Shown piece by piece: positions 33,270-34,824 of a stretch of 34,824 nt of DNA. A model generated the notes under the pieces. That model had not been told where the DNA came from and did not search any database. It was given only the letters and a program-made list of their open reading frames with translations. The first letter of the stretch is position 1. Each line of letters opens with the position of its first letter. Made by a program: the position numbers and the translations under genes. Source of the DNA: an uncultured Coriobacteriaceae bacterium (lineage in GTDB: Bacteria > Actinomycetota > Coriobacteriia > Coriobacteriales > QAMH01); assembly GCA_902796975.1 (NCBI GenBank), contig CADBRF010000300.1, positions 1 to 34,824 of the forward strand, given 5' to 3'.

Positions 33270-34824
33270 CTAGGCAAAGAGACTTGCATCCGTATGCGGG
33301 AGGAAGCACGACGCTACGAATTCATCCATGTAACCCGGATGGGTGGAAAGCTCGATGTAGGTCATATTGCGTCCAAGCTCGAAAGTCCGATTGGTCGCAT
33401 CCGCCGAGAGTAGCATGGAGCAGGCGCCAGTCAGGCTCGAATTGCCCACATAGCTGTAGCGCAGTTCCGGAATCTTGGGGAGCATGCCAATAGAGATGGC
33501 GTTATGGATGTTGATACCCCCACCAATACCTCCAGCGATTATTACCCTGTCGAGCATGTCGACCGGCATATCAAGCGAGCTCAGCATCGAGCGCGTGGCA
33601 GAGAAGATAGCCCCTTTCGCGCGGATGAAGTTGTCGATATCGGTTTCATTGATGGTGATTGCCGAGCCCGTTCCGCTTTCAGAGGGAAAGGCGATTACAT
33701 ATTCTCCGCGGCCATGTTCGTTGAAGCGCACACGCCCGCGCTCGCGGGTGAACCTGCCCTTGGCGTCGATAAAGCCTCTGCGGAAGAGCTCTGCCACCAC
33801 ATCGACGAGGCCGGATCCACACAGGCCGAGAGGCCTGACACTGCCGATAACGTTGTAAATCGGCTCAAGGGTTTCCGGGTCGATAGTGAGGGCCTGGATA
33901 GCTCCCCTCGTAGCGCGCATACCGCATGAGATATCGCCGCCCTCGAAAGCAGGACCCGCCGAGCAGGCACAGCAGAGCATGAAATCCGCGTTGCCCAGTA
34001 CCAGCTCGCCATTCGTGCCGAGGTCAACGAAGAGCGTCATCTCCTCGGAAGTCCACAGGCGCGAAGCAAGCACGCCCGCAGTGATATCGCCCCCCACATA
34101 GCTGCCCACATTGGGGGCGAACACCACGCTGGCGTTGGGGGCAAGCGGAAGACCGACTTCTCTGGCTGTTTTGCCGTGTACTTCTAGGAACTTGGGCACA
34201 AAGGGCTCGAGTCTGATGCTCGAGGCGTCTACCCCCAAGAAGAGATGCTCCATGGTGGTATTGCCCGCGATGACGCAACGGATGACCCTCTGGGGCAAGA
34301 TGCCTGCATGAGAGCAGAGCCCCTCGATGAGCGGGATGACGGTCTCCTCGCGTACCGCGTGCTGCAATTTCCAGATGCCCTCTGGCTTACTCTGGTTGAT
34401 GATGCGGTTGATGACATCTGCCCCGTAGCGAATTTGCGCATTCCCCGAGCTGATATGGTCGAGCATCGTGCCCGTTTCCAGGTCAATCAGAGCGGCGGCA
34501 ACGGTGGTTGTGCCGATGTCGATAGCGATGCCATAGCCCCCGTGCGGAGCATCGCGTTCGATTCCGGTGTCGAAAATCGCACGAATGTCGTGATCGTAGC
34601 GGTTAAGCTCTTCAGCAGCAGAAAGGCTCGAGGTCTGGATACCCTTCTTGAAGCTCCACGCAGTTGGGGGAATCCAGATGGTCGCATCGCCGCAAACGCT
34701 GCTTTGGCAAACAAGGCGCCATCCATCTACATACTCGCTGTCATCGAGATGGATATTGCGCGTGCTGTCAACCGTACCGGCGATGAGTTTGGCACGGCAC
34801 TTGCCGCACGTGCCCGTTCCGCCG
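33270..34824 (-). CDS. RACo/RamA-like corrinoid reductive activase (N-terminal [2Fe-2S] ferredoxin plus ASKHA ATPase), 5' end outside the window
   Basis: Hand translation upstream of the ORF-track Met stays open to the window edge. It reads ...GGTGTCGKCRAKLIAG...GWRLVCQS... (plant-type 2Fe-2S) and then GIAIDIGTTTVAAALIDLETG (ASKHA phosphate-1 motif). Later motifs are DLGTNGE and IAGGIGG. Confidence 0.88.
   Translation of the reverse strand, partial: GGTGTCGKCRAKLIAGTVDSTRNIHLDDSEYVDGWRLVCQSSVCGDATIWIPPTAWSFKKGIQTSSLSAAEELNRYDHDIRAIFDTGIERDAPHGGYGIAIDIGTTTVAAALIDLETGTMLDHISSGNAQIRYGADVINRIINQSKPEGIWKLQHAVREETVIPLIEGLCSHAGILPQRVIRCVIAGNTTMEHLFLGVDASSIRLEPFVPKFLEVHGKTAREVGLPLAPNASVVFAPNVGSYVGGDITAGVLASRLWTSEEMTLFVDLGTNGELVLGNADFMLCCACSAGPAFEGGDISCGMRATRGAIQALTIDPETLEPIYNVIGSVRPLGLCGSGLVDVVAELFRRGFIDAKGRFTRERGRVRFNEHGRGEYVIAFPSESGTGSAITINETDIDNFIRAKGAIFSATRSMLSSLDMPVDMLDRVIIAGGIGGGINIHNAISIGMLPKIPELRYSYVGNSSLTGACSMLLSADATNRTFELGRNMTYIELSTHPGYMDEFVASCFLPHTDASLFA

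Overview
This is a high-GC actinobacterial chromosome segment, almost fully coding, with most genes on the minus strand. Gene content suggests Coriobacteriia, but that taxon call is a guess made without any search. All family calls come from motif recognition by eye; no BLAST or HMM search was possible.

Gene order, left to right:
- ruvB-ruvA-ruvC, read right to left, with an SOS-type box in the promoter
- two adjacent TrkA/RCK potassium-transport regulator genes
- a 47-aa DUF5679 zinc-ribbon gene that falls below the ORF-track cutoff
- an 11-gene monoderm Tad/Flp pilus operon: cpaB-tadZ-tadA-tadB-tadC-flp-flp-tadE-large orphan-tadE-DUF192
- a divergent HXXEE membrane protein and TetR regulator pair with a palindromic operator
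- a long co-directional block: purB, TSCPD protein, Tat-lipoprotein, OmpR-type response regulator, histidine kinase, purC, a basic membrane protein, an amidohydrolase and a small membrane protein
- a membrane-anchored helical protein
- a tandem HTH-WYL (PafB/PafC-like) pair
- a HemN-like radical SAM enzyme
- a tail-anchored unknown protein, divergent from a DnaQ-exonuclease::DinG helicase
- the start of a corrinoid reductive-activase cluster (zinc ribbon, ferredoxin, DUF3786, RACo-like ASKHA protein cut by the window edge)

I found no rRNA, tRNA, CRISPR array, IS element or integrase.

The two best candidates for something undescribed:
1. The distal half of the Tad operon, especially the roughly 700-aa orphan membrane protein between two pseudopilins and the terminal DUF192 gene.
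2. A possible DNA-damage module: the WYL pair, a RecA-NDp-like promoter in front of exo-DinG, a divergent tail-anchored unknown protein, and LexA-type boxes at ruvC and at the WYL leader.

Both are hypotheses built on sequence motifs, not demonstrated systems.
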